Shown: positions 1-10,727, counted from the first letter of the stretch. The stretch is DNA of 64,000 nt from Candidatus Saccharibacteria bacterium RIFCSPHIGHO2_12_FULL_44_22 (GCA_001790515.1 MGCS01000002.1:48234-112233), one strand, 5' to 3'. Numbers and translations: made by a program. Notes: generated from the sequence alone by a model not told the origin.

Positions 1-65
1 AAGTACGCCACTAGCATACTTAATGATGCGATAAGAATTATTGCTGCGATATCTGTATTTTTCAT
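1..65 (-). CDS. unassigned small membrane protein, 5' end only (gene runs off the window start)
   Basis: ATG at 65..63 overlaps the TGA of the upstream pilO-like ORF (ATGA). Hand translation MKNTDIAAIILIASLSMLVAY is a hydrophobic N-terminus. Only 21 codons are visible. Confidence 0.3.
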   Translation of the reverse strand, partial: MKNTDIAAIILIASLSMLVAY

Positions 66-742
66 GGCCGTACCACCTTATCTTTTAGCTCGATTGACTG
101 TGCCGGTTGATAGTACGCATAGCCCGAAGCCGACATTACCAGTCTCGCACCCTGTTGTTCAACCGTCAGCGACGTAAGATTGATCGCACGGATTGATCGC
201 TCAACTTGCTGCAGAACCTGCCGCAGACTTTCAGCGTTTCCACTTGCTGCTGAAATAGTAAAACTGAAATCGATTTGATTTGATCCACTACTCGATCCTG
301 AGCCTGATGATGTTTCCACACCCTTTACTGGCTCAACCTTGATTGCGTCGAGCGTAACACCGTTCACACCTGTTAAAAGCTTAGACTGAAGCGATGATCC
401 GAGCGCAGTCGAATTCGCATCTGCCGGCAGCGCATCCAATACAGATTGCACCGCTCTATCCGTATCTTTCAATCGAGTTGACTTAAGGCTATCATCGGTC
501 TCAAGCACACGAATATTATCTCGAAGCTTGGGAACGTTCTGGAGATTGCTTTCGATCGTCGCAAGCGTCTCATTCTTTTGCTGCAGTACCTTATCCCCAA
601 AATCGATCCGCTGCCATAAAAAGAGTGCAATAACCACCGAGAATCCAATCACAAGAGATGCACCAGCCACCCATAAAAACATAGTCCGGTTAGATTTTGT
701 TATTTGCTGCCGTTTTCGAATACCCGTTGTCTTACCGTCCAT
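62..742 (-). CDS. pilO: type IV pilus assembly protein, PilO-like
   Basis: 226 aa with a basic N-terminus, one TM helix (FLWVAGASLVIGFSVVIALFLW) and a coiled-coil-like segment. It lies directly downstream of the pilM/pilN-like genes. Assigned by architecture and context. Confidence 0.55.
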   Translation of the reverse strand: MDGKTTGIRKRQQITKSNRTMFLWVAGASLVIGFSVVIALFLWQRIDFGDKVLQQKNETLATIESNLQNVPKLRDNIRVLETDDSLKSTRLKDTDRAVQSVLDALPADANSTALGSSLQSKLLTGVNGVTLDAIKVEPVKGVETSSGSGSSSGSNQIDFSFTISAASGNAESLRQVLQQVERSIRAINLTSLTVEQQGARLVMSASGYAYYQPAQSIELKDKVVRP

Positions 743-744
743 GA

Positions 745-1473
745 TTACTGCTCCCCACCAACATTAGCTGCACGTTCGCTGAATAAACTTTGCGGAATGC
801 GAAGGAATGAATCCGTTACGTTTTTACTGTCAGGCCGAGCAATAATAAGATTCTTGGACGAGCGCGCAAATGTCGCACTGTCGTATTCAAAGCTCATTGT
901 AAATCGCAGTACTTTTTTTCCTGAGGCGTCTTCACCAAAACTAATATCCGACGTCGATACTTCACCTGTAAGTGGCACAGTCATCGATTTGTTATCTTCA
1001 TCCGTATACGACAACGTCGTACCAAGAATTGTCTTTTTAAACACCTCCGCGGCATCATATATATTATTTGCTTGTCCATCGATACTGATCGTATCTGTTT
1101 CTGAATCAATCTTTGCAGAAGATACTGAAATCTGGTTTGGCTGAGGCGGATTAATTGCCGCCAAAATATCAAACATACGTGAATCAATGTTTTTTGTATC
1201 ATGCATTTCTGATAAACTGCTTAGTTGATGCTGAATTGTAAGCATATTAGATAAATCATCAATACCACTCAGCTCAGCGCCTTTTGTTTCTATTGATCCA
1301 TCAACGCTTCGACCAAGCAATCCTTGTACCGCTACAAGATAAAATCCCATCAACACAACAACCGAGACAGCCACTATTCCAGCAATAACAGCACCACTGA
1401 TGACATACGTTTGTATTCGCTTTGCATTCAAAAGCTCTTGTTTTACATCAGGAATAAGGTTAATTTCTATCAT
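745..1473 (-). CDS. pilN: type IV pilus assembly protein, PilN-like
   Basis: Starts MIEINLIPD followed by one TM helix, the usual PilN N-terminus. Its start overlaps the pilM stop by 4 nt. Confidence 0.65.
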   Translation of the reverse strand: MIEINLIPDVKQELLNAKRIQTYVISGAVIAGIVAVSVVVLMGFYLVAVQGLLGRSVDGSIETKGAELSGIDDLSNMLTIQHQLSSLSEMHDTKNIDSRMFDILAAINPPQPNQISVSSAKIDSETDTISIDGQANNIYDAAEVFKKTILGTTLSYTDEDNKSMTVPLTGEVSTSDISFGEDASGKKVLRFTMSFEYDSATFARSSKNLIIARPDSKNVTDSFLRIPQSLFSERAANVGGEQ

Positions 1474-2516
1474 TTTTTGTTACTCCGTTGAGCCAATCCT
1501 ATTGCTATTGCCATTTCTGATGTCAGTGACTGCAGTTTTTGATCACCAGATGGAACTGCAACTTTTTTCCAAGGATCTCCCGCCACTGAATGGATACCAG
1601 TCTTTGCGCCCAAGTATTCACTCAAACCCGGGACGATACTAGCGTACCCGGACAATAGCGTCGTTCCAATAGAGATTGAAGGGTACCGTGTCTGAAAAAA
1701 CTTGATCGACTTCGTGATCTCTGATGCAAACCCATCGAGTGTACTCTCTAGTGCATGTGCAACTTGACCTTCTAGTTTATCTGGCGCAAGACCGAACTTA
1801 AGGATAAACTGGCGCGCTTGTTCGTCTTCGATGCTGAGATTCTGAACCGCCGCCCTTACTAATGTCGAAAGTCCATTCGGAATAGTACGCACGAGTCGGG
1901 GCATGTCGTTGTAGGCAATCGCCACATTCGTAGACAATTCACCGATGTCGATCACTACTTGCGCATCAGACTGACCAGGTACGATCAGTGATCGAATCAT
2001 GGCAAGAGAATCCGGCTCGGCTGCGATAACATCAAATCCTAAACTTTCGACCAGCTCGAGGCGCTCTTCTGAATATGATGCCGCAGTGCTTGCAAGCAAT
2101 ACCTCTTGTTGCGAAGGATCATGAAGCGACTGACCAAGTACCGCCCAATCAACCTTGGCGTCATCAAGAGACATGGGAATATATTGATCAATCTGATATT
2201 TGATCGTGCCCTTTAATTCAGCTTCGGAAAGCAGCGGCATATCAACTACCGTAATAAATGTCTTGTTTGACGGCAGTCCAATTGCAACATTCTTTGTTTT
2301 AATACCACTCTGCCCAACTACGGTCATAATCACTTCGCCCAGCCGACGACGTGCTTCAGACGAATCAGCTGTTGCCGTTTTGATATCTATCGGAGCATAT
2401 CCATAGTGTTTTAACGACCACTTATCTGGACCCGTCGCGGTCAACTGCACGACACGTATTGCAGTCGTACCTATATCTAGTCCGAAAAAGTCACCCACGC
2501 CTTTTATAATTGCCAT
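1470..2516 (-). CDS. pilM: type IV pilus assembly ATPase-fold protein PilM
   Basis: Actin/FtsA-like fold signature GLDIGTTAIRVVQL near the N-terminus, about 350 aa, upstream of pilN/pilO. I prefer the ATG at 2516 (GAAGGA 4 nt upstream) over the TTG at 2537. Confidence 0.8.
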   Translation of the reverse strand: MAIIKGVGDFFGLDIGTTAIRVVQLTATGPDKWSLKHYGYAPIDIKTATADSSEARRRLGEVIMTVVGQSGIKTKNVAIGLPSNKTFITVVDMPLLSEAELKGTIKYQIDQYIPMSLDDAKVDWAVLGQSLHDPSQQEVLLASTAASYSEERLELVESLGFDVIAAEPDSLAMIRSLIVPGQSDAQVVIDIGELSTNVAIAYNDMPRLVRTIPNGLSTLVRAAVQNLSIEDEQARQFILKFGLAPDKLEGQVAHALESTLDGFASEITKSIKFFQTRYPSISIGTTLLSGYASIVPGLSEYLGAKTGIHSVAGDPWKKVAVPSGDQKLQSLTSEMAIAIGLAQRSNKK

Positions 2517-2564
2517 ATTATCCTTCATTATACACAAGCGTTATGCTATCGCAAAGCCCTTTTA

Positions 2565-4862
2565 TTAAAAGCGTGGAGGCAATTCAACAGTTTGCGTTGT
2601 CTGCGCTCGAACAGAGCTATGCCCTTCACTGAATCCCCATAAATATGCATCGGCACGAAGATTGAATATCTCAGCAGCATCACCGCTTGCTCCTGCGATG
2701 CCAGAGCCGCCTGTGCGTCGCAGGTCAAGTCGTTTTGCGACAACCGGTCCATTGATCGTCAGAGGTGCATTACACACTTCGGATGTTAACGGTGGAGTTC
2801 GCTCACACGTTGCAATCGTACCACCACTTCCATCACCCGCCTGACCTATTAGCCACGCATCGATATTTGTTACAGAAGCATTAATAACAATATTTTTAGC
2901 AATAATAACAAATTGCGGTATCTCCGCTAACGACGCATAGCCCCCTGCAGCATATGTAATGTTACCGTTAATCGTCACTGTTCCATTGGGGACATTCACT
3001 ATAACCAGCTTACCCTTTTCAAGCGTACTTGCATCAAGTCGAATGTCGCCATCTAACTTTTGATACACGCCACTTACAACCGACCCACCGTTCATACTCA
3101 CTGTATTTGCGGTTTCCAAATTAGCCACGGGAGTACGACCCCGAAGAAAATAGCTTGGGAAATTCTGAACGGGCTTCATTCCATTTGCACCAGTAAAGTT
3201 GCCGAATTCATTATTGCTATTCGCAAATGTCAGTCGACTCCATAATAATTGGCTCGAACCAACAGATCCATCATACCCGCCTTCAAATCCCGCCCCAGAG
3301 GCAATACCACTCACTGAGCCTGGCGCAGTTATTGCGTACTCCGCCCAACTACCAAACGTCTTATTTATCGTACCCGTCTTAGTTGTAATACTACCCTTTG
3401 CACCCGGTAGCACGCCACTTACGATGTCGCCTGCAGAAAAATACGACCCTACAGTGACATCACCGCCAGTGACATGAACTGTTGGTCGCTTACCAACTAC
3501 AACACAAACGATGCGACTATACCTGTCTCGAGGAGTGTCATTTTCGGTCGGCTTTGCTATCGAAAATACATAGCATAATTTCGTACCAACTTGCCATCGA
3601 TCGTCTACAGCAGCACTGTTCGCAGAACCTAATTCCGCTGCCGTCATCGTGGTATCACCCTGTGAAAACACTTTTGTACCATTGGCAATTTGTGAACACT
3701 CTGTTCCAGAGCCTGCAAGAGATACTAGTTGATTACAACTATATCCATCTCGATAGTTCTCTCCAGCTGCATAGTTTAGTCGATCAGTTGATTGACCCCT
3801 TGGCACAACAAGTCGCGATACCGACCATGCCGTCTCTCCACTTGGCGTTAATGTACTGCTATTATTTACTTTATAGGTAAATGCCGCACTGTCAGACCCG
3901 GATATTATACCTCCACTCGTTGATGTAACGCTAGGAGTTAATGAATACGGTGAAGCCGGTGGTGGCACACAATCTGGACTAGTCTTTGGTATATTCGCAT
4001 TATATTCACATACTTCAGGAGGGAAAATAGTATTACATGATTTTCTAATTTCGGTTTCAAGCGTGAGAGCAAGGTCATTATAATTTTCACTCACGACAAA
4101 TGTGTCCGCGCTATTGTTGTAATCTCCCGACACGACATAATTGATTGTGCGACGCTGAGCTGGATCAGCACCAATACTCCCGCCTATAACTTTGATACCA
4201 GCATTCTGATGTTTTCCGGCTGCGATTCGCCCGGCTTCGGTTGGGCCAACAGTCCATCCACCACCGGAGTTTGGCTGTCCATCTGTCATGAAGACGATTA
4301 TATCTGTCTGATTAAAAACATTATTCAAGGCGGGATTTCGTACATTGCCGTTATAGCCAAATCCTTGCTCATAATTCGTATTACCAGATGACACAATTGA
4401 ATTCAGCATTGTGTTGAATGTCGACGGAGTCTCGCCTCTCGAACTTACATAGCTATGATACGGTGCATTAAAGTTTCGACCGTTATAGTTCGGATCAGGG
4501 TTAGATCCAGGAGGAACGGTACCAATCCAGAGAGATCCATTGCCATTACCCGTTGAATCATCTACGCCAAGTGCCGATGAAAACGTCCAAAAAGCCAGCT
4601 CAATCCTACTATCATAAAGTCCTGTCGGCTGAAATAACCTCCTAATTTGATTACGTATAGTCTCGACATTACGAGCACCGACTGATAACGAACGATCGAT
4701 CACCATTGCTGCTCGACAAATCTTATCCGAATTAGGAACACCTTGTGCATGAACAACCGATACTGTCGTTAACCCCCATACGCTCATACTAAACAAAAAA
4801 ACAAGGATAGCAAAAGGAAGTGCCCCGATAATCTTTTTGCGCAAATGCATAAATCGATACAT
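2565..4862 (-). CDS. secreted von Willebrand factor A (vWA) domain protein in the pilus operon
   Basis: N-terminal signal/TM segment (ALPFAILVFLFSMSVWGLTTVSVVHA) and a MIDAS-type DxSxS motif (VIDRSLSVG) near residue 57, followed by a large Gly/Ser/Thr-rich C-terminal region. The ATG at 4862 lies 3 nt after the upstream stop. Confidence 0.7.
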   Translation of the reverse strand: MYRFMHLRKKIIGALPFAILVFLFSMSVWGLTTVSVVHAQGVPNSDKICRAAMVIDRSLSVGARNVETIRNQIRRLFQPTGLYDSRIELAFWTFSSALGVDDSTGNGNGSLWIGTVPPGSNPDPNYNGRNFNAPYHSYVSSRGETPSTFNTMLNSIVSSGNTNYEQGFGYNGNVRNPALNNVFNQTDIIVFMTDGQPNSGGGWTVGPTEAGRIAAGKHQNAGIKVIGGSIGADPAQRRTINYVVSGDYNNSADTFVVSENYNDLALTLETEIRKSCNTIFPPEVCEYNANIPKTSPDCVPPPASPYSLTPSVTSTSGGIISGSDSAAFTYKVNNSSTLTPSGETAWSVSRLVVPRGQSTDRLNYAAGENYRDGYSCNQLVSLAGSGTECSQIANGTKVFSQGDTTMTAAELGSANSAAVDDRWQVGTKLCYVFSIAKPTENDTPRDRYSRIVCVVVGKRPTVHVTGGDVTVGSYFSAGDIVSGVLPGAKGSITTKTGTINKTFGSWAEYAITAPGSVSGIASGAGFEGGYDGSVGSSQLLWSRLTFANSNNEFGNFTGANGMKPVQNFPSYFLRGRTPVANLETANTVSMNGGSVVSGVYQKLDGDIRLDASTLEKGKLVIVNVPNGTVTINGNITYAAGGYASLAEIPQFVIIAKNIVINASVTNIDAWLIGQAGDGSGGTIATCERTPPLTSEVCNAPLTINGPVVAKRLDLRRTGGSGIAGASGDAAEIFNLRADAYLWGFSEGHSSVRAQTTQTVELPPRF

Positions 4863-4864
4863 AA

Positions 4865-5473
4865 TCAAACACCACCCAGCTTTGATACTCGATCAGCCTC
4901 AGCATCATAAAAACTTTTCTCAATACCAGTCTTGTTTTGAGGACTTTTTGCCCATTCACCAGCTAGTCGATAATATTTAGCTGCATTTGAGTAGTCTTTT
5001 TGATCTTCATATAGTCTTGATAGCCAGTCTGCCACCAAGAACTTGTCTGGATTGGAGACCTCGACTTCTTTCATTGCAGCAAACGCTTTATCGTACTGAC
5101 CGGCAGCATAGTAGACGCCCGACAAATCGATTGCCAGCTCAGTCTTTCGCTCTTGCGACGTCTCTGCAGCAATAGCCTGCTGATACACTTTGTTAGCGGC
5201 ATCGGTATCATTATTTCCAACTTCTTCGAAAGCTTTTTGACGAAGATCTCCGTCATCGCGCGATTGCTTAAATGATTCGCGTGCTCTAGCAATATCAGCA
5301 TCGCTCGGAGCACCAGATTCGTCATCTGTTCCATTTTGCGCCGCCTGATATGAACGCCATACGAAAAACCCACCGATACTCAAGCCAACTACTAAAAGTA
5401 CAGCGATTATAGTTATAATCACTTTCGTCCGAGTCTGCCGTTCGCGTCGTTCTCGTTTTATCTTTTTACTCAT
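4865..5473 (-). CDS. membrane-anchored TPR-like repeat protein
   Basis: Highly basic N-terminus, one TM helix (IITIIAVLLVVGLSIGGFFVW), then repeats with the TPR-like pattern (AANKVYQQAI, GQYDKAFAAMKE, YSNAAKYYRLAG). Confidence 0.55.
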   Translation of the reverse strand: MSKKIKRERRERQTRTKVIITIIAVLLVVGLSIGGFFVWRSYQAAQNGTDDESGAPSDADIARARESFKQSRDDGDLRQKAFEEVGNNDTDAANKVYQQAIAAETSQERKTELAIDLSGVYYAAGQYDKAFAAMKEVEVSNPDKFLVADWLSRLYEDQKDYSNAAKYYRLAGEWAKSPQNKTGIEKSFYDAEADRVSKLGGV

Positions 5474-5794
5474 AGCCCACTATATTGCTTATTGTTAAGC
5501 ATAGTATAGACGATAGCCGACCATTCAACAAGTTATTTCTGCCCACTTCCCATCAGTAGACATAAGCTTTACAAAACTTTAGCTAAAACGAGATTGAGTG
5601 CTTATTTCCGAGGTGCCGATCAATAACACTGCGATATGTATACTAAGTAAGAGTTGCACGTGAAGCATTTGCCGACTGCTTTGCCTACGTAGTTTACAAT
5701 GTGCGCCAACCAGCGACAAACTAGCCGAGGCTGTTTCGTAAAGCCATCAAAGTAAAGTTAGCTGGACAACCCCTGTAAATGATATAGTAGACAC

Positions 5795-6874
5795 ATGAGT
5801 TTATCTATCGGCATCGTCGGCCTTCCAAACGTCGGCAAATCAACACTGTTCAATGCACTAACCAATGCAGAAATTTTGGCTGCGAACTACCCTTTTGCGA
5901 CGATCGAGCCAAATACTGGTATTGTCCCCGTTCCTGACCCACGACTCACTGAACTACAAAAAATGTATTCAGCCGATAAAGTCATTCCGGCAACGGTGAC
6001 CTTTGTCGACATCGCGGGGCTCGTCGCAGGTGCGAGCCAAGGCGAGGGTCTGGGTAATAAGTTCCTCGCAAATATTCGCCAGTGCGATGCGATCGTTCAT
6101 ATTGTTCGGGCATTCGAAAACGACAGCGTGCTGCGACATGACGAGAGCGCAGTCAATCCTAAAAATGATATTGAAATCATCAACACCGAACTTATCCTCG
6201 CTGATATCCAGACGATCGAAACCCGCGCAGCCAAGCTTCACAAAGAAGCCAAGTCGAAACCCGCCGCTCGTGCGCAGCTCGACTATATTCAAACACTTCT
6301 TGCCAAGCTCCAGGAGGGCACGCCGCTCTCTCGCATTGCAGACCTCGACACCGAGCTTATCCAGGATCTTCATCTTCTGACTGCAAAACCAGTCATTTAT
6401 ACATTTAATGTCGACGAAGACACGCTCAGCAACGATGCAAAGAAAACCGAACTCACATCGCTCGTCGCCCCTGCACGAACAATTTTTGTATGCGCCCAAC
6501 TCGAAGATGAAATCAAAGCACTCACACCAGAAGACGCCGCTGAACTACTTGAAAGTTACGGCGTTAAAGAAACAGGCCTACAACAGATGATCCACGCCGC
6601 CTATGACACGCTCGGTTTGCAAAGTTATCTCACTGCCGGACCAAAAGAAGTCCGTGCATGGACAATCAAACAAGGTGCAACCGCCCCGCAAGCCGCAGGC
6701 GTCATTCACACTGACTTTGAACGTGGATTTATTGCCGCACAGATCGTTGATTATGATGATTTAATAGCTGCCGGATCAGAAACAGCAGCAAAAGCATCTG
6801 GTAAAGTCCGAACTGAAGGTAAAACGTACGTCATGCAGCCTGGCGATATCGTTGAATTCCGATTCAACGTCTAA
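5795..6874 (+). CDS. ychF: ribosome-binding ATPase YchF
   Basis: [19 protein letters not shown]-loop at the N-terminus, 359 aa, and a C-terminal TGS-like end ([14 protein letters not shown]) typical of YchF/Obg-like ATPases. Confidence 0.95.
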   Translation: MSLSIGIVGLPNVGKSTLFNALTNAEILAANYPFATIEPNTGIVPVPDPRLTELQKMYSADKVIPATVTFVDIAGLVAGASQGEGLGNKFLANIRQCDAIVHIVRAFENDSVLRHDESAVNPKNDIEIINTELILADIQTIETRAAKLHKEAKSKPAARAQLDYIQTLLAKLQEGTPLSRIADLDTELIQDLHLLTAKPVIYTFNVDEDTLSNDAKKTELTSLVAPARTIFVCAQLEDEIKALTPEDAAELLESYGVKETGLQQMIHAAYDTLGLQSYLTAGPKEVRAWTIKQGATAPQAAGVIHTDFERGFIAAQIVDYDDLIAAGSETAAKASGKVRTEGKTYVMQPGDIVEFRFNV

Positions 6875-7597
6875 TTATTTCGTACGCTTCAATAAATAAA
6901 ACCGTTCTTGGTTGCCTTTTGCGCCCGCGACATCACTATCTCTTTTGTCTTGTATCACAAAATGCTGCTTCGCCCACGTCTCGAAATCTCGTAGAATCTG
7001 ACGGCGAACTGAATCATTTTTGATAACACCTTTGTTCACCTGTTCCCGACCTGCTTCAAATTGTGGTTTAAGCATCGCAACAATTTGGGTATCAGCGCCA
7101 CTCAGTTCTTTGGCTATGTGCGGCAATATTTCACGAAGACTAATAAACGATACGTCCATGACAACAATATCTGGCTTATCATCGAGATAAAAATCACGGA
7201 TATCTGTTTTTTCATGGAGCTCGATCTTTGGATGTTTTCGAAGTGATGGATGTAACTGATCCGTTCCGACATCAACTGCATATACTTTTGCGGCGCCATT
7301 CTGTAGTGAGTAATCGGTAAACCCGCCCGTACTGCTACCGACATCAAGAACCTTTTTGCCGCGGAAATCGAGTTTTAATAATTTAGCCACAGATGCTAGT
7401 TTCAACCCTGCACGCCCAACATAGCGCTCGTCACTTGTCACGGATATCTGGCTATCTTCACGGACAAACACACCAGATTTGTTGGCAATTTTGCCATCGA
7501 CTAATACTTTGCCGAGTTTTATCCAGCTTTCAGCCTGAGACCGACTCGTCACCAGACCTCGTTTTGTTAATTCTATATCAAGTCGTTGTTTTGTCAT
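6875..7597 (-). CDS. tlyA: TlyA-family rRNA 2'-O-methyltransferase
   Basis: S4-like N-terminus (RLDIELTKRGLVTSRSQAESWIKLGKVLVDG) plus an FtsJ-type SAM motif (VLDVGSSTGGFTDY). Confidence 0.9.
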   Translation of the reverse strand: MTKQRLDIELTKRGLVTSRSQAESWIKLGKVLVDGKIANKSGVFVREDSQISVTSDERYVGRAGLKLASVAKLLKLDFRGKKVLDVGSSTGGFTDYSLQNGAAKVYAVDVGTDQLHPSLRKHPKIELHEKTDIRDFYLDDKPDIVVMDVSFISLREILPHIAKELSGADTQIVAMLKPQFEAGREQVNKGVIKNDSVRRQILRDFETWAKQHFVIQDKRDSDVAGAKGNQERFYLLKRTK

Positions 7598-7729
7598 TTA
7601 CCCTATTCTACCTCTGTTAGAGCTATTTGTCGAATTTGCATTAAACGAGAAGAGGCCTCGGTATACGCGGTGTCGAGGGGTCGCCTCTACACGCACGTAC
7701 ACCGAGACCATCAACTCAGAACAACGGAC

Positions 7730-9199
7730 TCAGCACTCATTCGGCGCCGGGACCCCCTTCAGTCGCTGATCCAGCCACGAAAGGAGTTCCGGAAATGCCG
7801 TGAGCGTCGCAATTGCGTGCTCCCCGAACGGCAGTCGCAACACCGAAGGTACCCCGAGCGAACATTGCTCTGCGTACAGCTCGTCGGCCATCACCTTGGG
7901 TATCCAGAACTCCTCGTTCCCATTATAGACAAACAGGGGGGTTCCATAAGCGACGCCCTGCAGCTTATTGTCGGCATAAATCTGTTGCGCCAACTCTGAC
8001 TGGAAGGGATTCTCTAGTGGCGTCAGGACTTGTAGATCGACCGGCAGTAACCCGAGCAGCGCCATTCCGACGATGCACTGATCTCGAAGTGCTGGGCCAA
8101 CCTGCAGTGCGACGTTCCCTAGCTGCGACAATATCTCGGGATATTCCCTCGATACACCCATGCCAGCGGCGACCTCCACGCCCTTCGCGGCATTGAACGT
8201 GCCGTTGAGGCTCTGAGTAAGCACGGCCATATCAATTGGCGTTCCGCCAACCGCTGCGCCGACGATAATCGGATCGCTACCGCCCAGTTCAGGTGCATAC
8301 GAATCGATTAACTTCGCGGCACCATTAGTGGCAATTGCCCCACCAGAGTAGCCTTGCATGGCCACCTTGCTGGATCCAAACTGGTCAGGCAGCAGATTCT
8401 GCATCGCCCGAATCGAATCGAGGATGATATGTCCTGCTACCTTGGTAACAGCATACGCCATCCGCGGACCTTCATGATCCGGGATCAATACGGCATAGCC
8501 TTGATTTGCAGCCCACGCGGTCACTGGTGGGATGTAATCGGTGACGCCCGTTTTCAGCGACACGCCATTTGCCATTGTGTAGCCAGGCGTACAGTCTCGC
8601 CCCAACCCGTTTATCGGCAAGTTGTTCACCAATACCGGCCTACTGCCAACGCCCGACCATGGTATCGCTGGGATCACCAGCGACGCCGTACCGAATGAGG
8701 GCTGATTCGAAGCATCATTGCTACGAAACTTCACCTGCACCACTCGTTCGACCGGTGCACCAACAAACGGTGCCGCTGTCGCCGTAATGTCACGATGCTC
8801 AATGATCTGCCCGTTGGCAAAACCCGCCAAATTGACCGGATAGTCATTGAAAAAAGCATCACGAACGTCGGACGGCATCATTGCCGCCCTAGCCCCTTGA
8901 ATGGCCACCAGATCATCGTTCTGCTGATCATCCGGTGATAGTGCAGCAACCGGCGGGATTTCTCCTGGCGGCAGGTGAAATTCCGGCTCTGGGATCACTT
9001 GATCCAGCGCCTCCGGAATTGTCGGTACTTGGTCGAGCATGCCATCGATCTGACCCTGGATTTGACTTTGAATCTGCCCCAGGTCGATCGGCGGTACAAA
9101 CGGCTGAGCGTTCGCCGAACTAGCGAACAATACACCAACCATGGCGCAACTAAATAGAACAGTACAAGCCCTGCGAACGAACGTCGTTGTTCGATGCAT
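7730..9199 (-). CDS. secreted lipase, LIP (secretory lipase) family alpha/beta hydrolase
   Basis: Signal peptide (VLFSCAMVGVLFASSANAQP), nucleophile elbow GYSGG, and overall resemblance to LIP-family lipases of high-GC Gram-positives. The gene is visibly more GC-rich than its flanks. Confidence 0.7.
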   Translation of the reverse strand: MHRTTTFVRRACTVLFSCAMVGVLFASSANAQPFVPPIDLGQIQSQIQGQIDGMLDQVPTIPEALDQVIPEPEFHLPPGEIPPVAALSPDDQQNDDLVAIQGARAAMMPSDVRDAFFNDYPVNLAGFANGQIIEHRDITATAAPFVGAPVERVVQVKFRSNDASNQPSFGTASLVIPAIPWSGVGSRPVLVNNLPINGLGRDCTPGYTMANGVSLKTGVTDYIPPVTAWAANQGYAVLIPDHEGPRMAYAVTKVAGHIILDSIRAMQNLLPDQFGSSKVAMQGYSGGAIATNGAAKLIDSYAPELGGSDPIIVGAAVGGTPIDMAVLTQSLNGTFNAAKGVEVAAGMGVSREYPEILSQLGNVALQVGPALRDQCIVGMALLGLLPVDLQVLTPLENPFQSELAQQIYADNKLQGVAYGTPLFVYNGNEEFWIPKVMADELYAEQCSLGVPSVLRLPFGEHAIATLTAFPELLSWLDQRLKGVPAPNEC

Positions 9200-9382
9200 A
9201 ACTTATCCTTCCAAAGAAGTAGTGTTCTGAGTTGTTAGTCTGCAACGCGGCCGCTACAAACTAATTATAGATCGCAGCACTGCAGACGAAAGAACTCGCC
9301 AGCAGCACTACCTTGACAGCTGTCGCTGTCGGCGTGTCGTTAGTATACGCCTACTATGATACCTAAGTAAACCTTAAGTAGT

Positions 9383-9943
9383 TTATTTCTTGCGCTCGCG
9401 ATATTCACCACTTGTCGTATCGACAGACACTATGTCACCGGTTTTAATAAATGCAGGCACTTTAATCACCAGCCCAGTCTCAAGCGTTGCATCCTTGAGG
9501 ACACTACTCGTTGTGTCACCCTTAACAACATCTTCGCTATATGTCACTTCTAGATACAGATTTTTTGGCAATTCTACGTTAATAACACGATCATCGAAAA
9601 ACTGAAGACTCAGCTCATCACCCTCTTTTAGATACTGTTGGGCAGCGTCAACAATATCTTCACTCAGTTGAAATTGCTCAAAACTCTCTGGATCCATAAA
9701 ATGAAAGTCAGTGCCGTCTTTATACAGATACTGGACTGTTTTGTTTGTCACCTCTGCACGCTCAATCTTATCCTGTCCCTTGAATGTTTTTGGAATAACA
9801 CTTCCGTCAATTAGATTCTTCAGTTTGACATTCACAATACTTCCACCGCGACCCATCACTTTTTGATTGTAATCTGTCACTCGGTATGGCTTGCCTTCAA
9901 TTTGGCAAACAACACCTTTTTTTAGTTCAGTCGGTTGGTACAT
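9383..9943 (-). CDS. efp: translation elongation factor P
   Basis: 186 aa with the typical EF-P layout, and the loop region GRGGSIVNVKLKNL matches the conserved KPGKG-type loop context. Confidence 0.95.
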   Translation of the reverse strand: MYQPTELKKGVVCQIEGKPYRVTDYNQKVMGRGGSIVNVKLKNLIDGSVIPKTFKGQDKIERAEVTNKTVQYLYKDGTDFHFMDPESFEQFQLSEDIVDAAQQYLKEGDELSLQFFDDRVINVELPKNLYLEVTYSEDVVKGDTTSSVLKDATLETGLVIKVPAFIKTGDIVSVDTTSGEYRERKK

Positions 9944-10040
9944 TATGAATTCTCCTTCGATGAATTAACCAATACGTTTTGTATTTGGAAATACGACACA
10001 GCGCACAGATATACTCTATGCGCTGAAACGTTTTCTAAAA

Positions 10041-10247
10041 TTAATTAGATGTGACAAAAGGCATCAATGCCAAATGTCGTGCACGTTTAATAGCAACAGC
10101 TAGCTGTCGTTGCTGCTTCGCGCTTAAACCAGTCTTTGCGATTGGTTCAATTTGTCCATATACATTGATAAAACGCTGCAATGTTTTGACGTCTTTGTAG
10201 TCAAAATATGCAGGTGTGTCTTTTTTGAATCGTTTCATTAGTGCCAT
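10041..10247 (-). CDS. rpsR: 30S ribosomal protein S18
   Basis: 68 aa with [14 protein letters not shown] and [22 protein letters not shown], in the S6-SSB-S18 operon order. Confidence 0.95.
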   Translation of the reverse strand: MALMKRFKKDTPAYFDYKDVKTLQRFINVYGQIEPIAKTGLSAKQQRQLAVAIKRARHLALMPFVTSN

Positions 10248-10258
10248 AATTTAATCTC

Positions 10259-10702
10259 CTAGAAAGGTATTTCACTGAGGTCGATAGGCTTGTCGTCGAT
10301 ATCTTCGATAACAACATCCTCAGATTTTTTATTACTTGATTGTGAATTGTTTGATCCGCCAGCATTACCGCCATTTTCACCACTTGGTCCATCCAAAAAC
10401 GTCACGTCAGTTGCCACAACTTCTACCTTGCTGCGCTTTTTGCCAGTTTCTTTGTCATCCCAGCTATCCTGTCGCAAACGACCCTGCACTAGGCAGCGAC
10501 GACCTTTTGACAGATATTGACTAACGAGTTCACCGAGCTTTTCCCATGCCGTAACATCGAAAAAATCAGCTGCATCTTCTTGACCGCCACGATCAACGGC
10601 GATACTAAAACTTGTGATAGTCTTGCCAGTTGTTGTCGTGCGGACTTCTGGATCGCGCGTCAAACGCCCCATCAGAATCACTTGGTTAATACTTTTTGCC
10701 AT
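10259..10702 (-). CDS. ssb: single-stranded DNA-binding protein
   Basis: OB-fold N-terminus (INQVILMGRLTRDPEVR), a Gly/Asn/Ser-rich linker and an acidic tip ending DLSEIPF. Confidence 0.95.
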   Translation of the reverse strand: MAKSINQVILMGRLTRDPEVRTTTTGKTITSFSIAVDRGGQEDAADFFDVTAWEKLGELVSQYLSKGRRCLVQGRLRQDSWDDKETGKKRSKVEVVATDVTFLDGPSGENGGNAGGSNNSQSSNKKSEDVVIEDIDDKPIDLSEIPF

Positions 10703-10727
10703 ATCCCTCTACTCCCCTCAGTTATTC

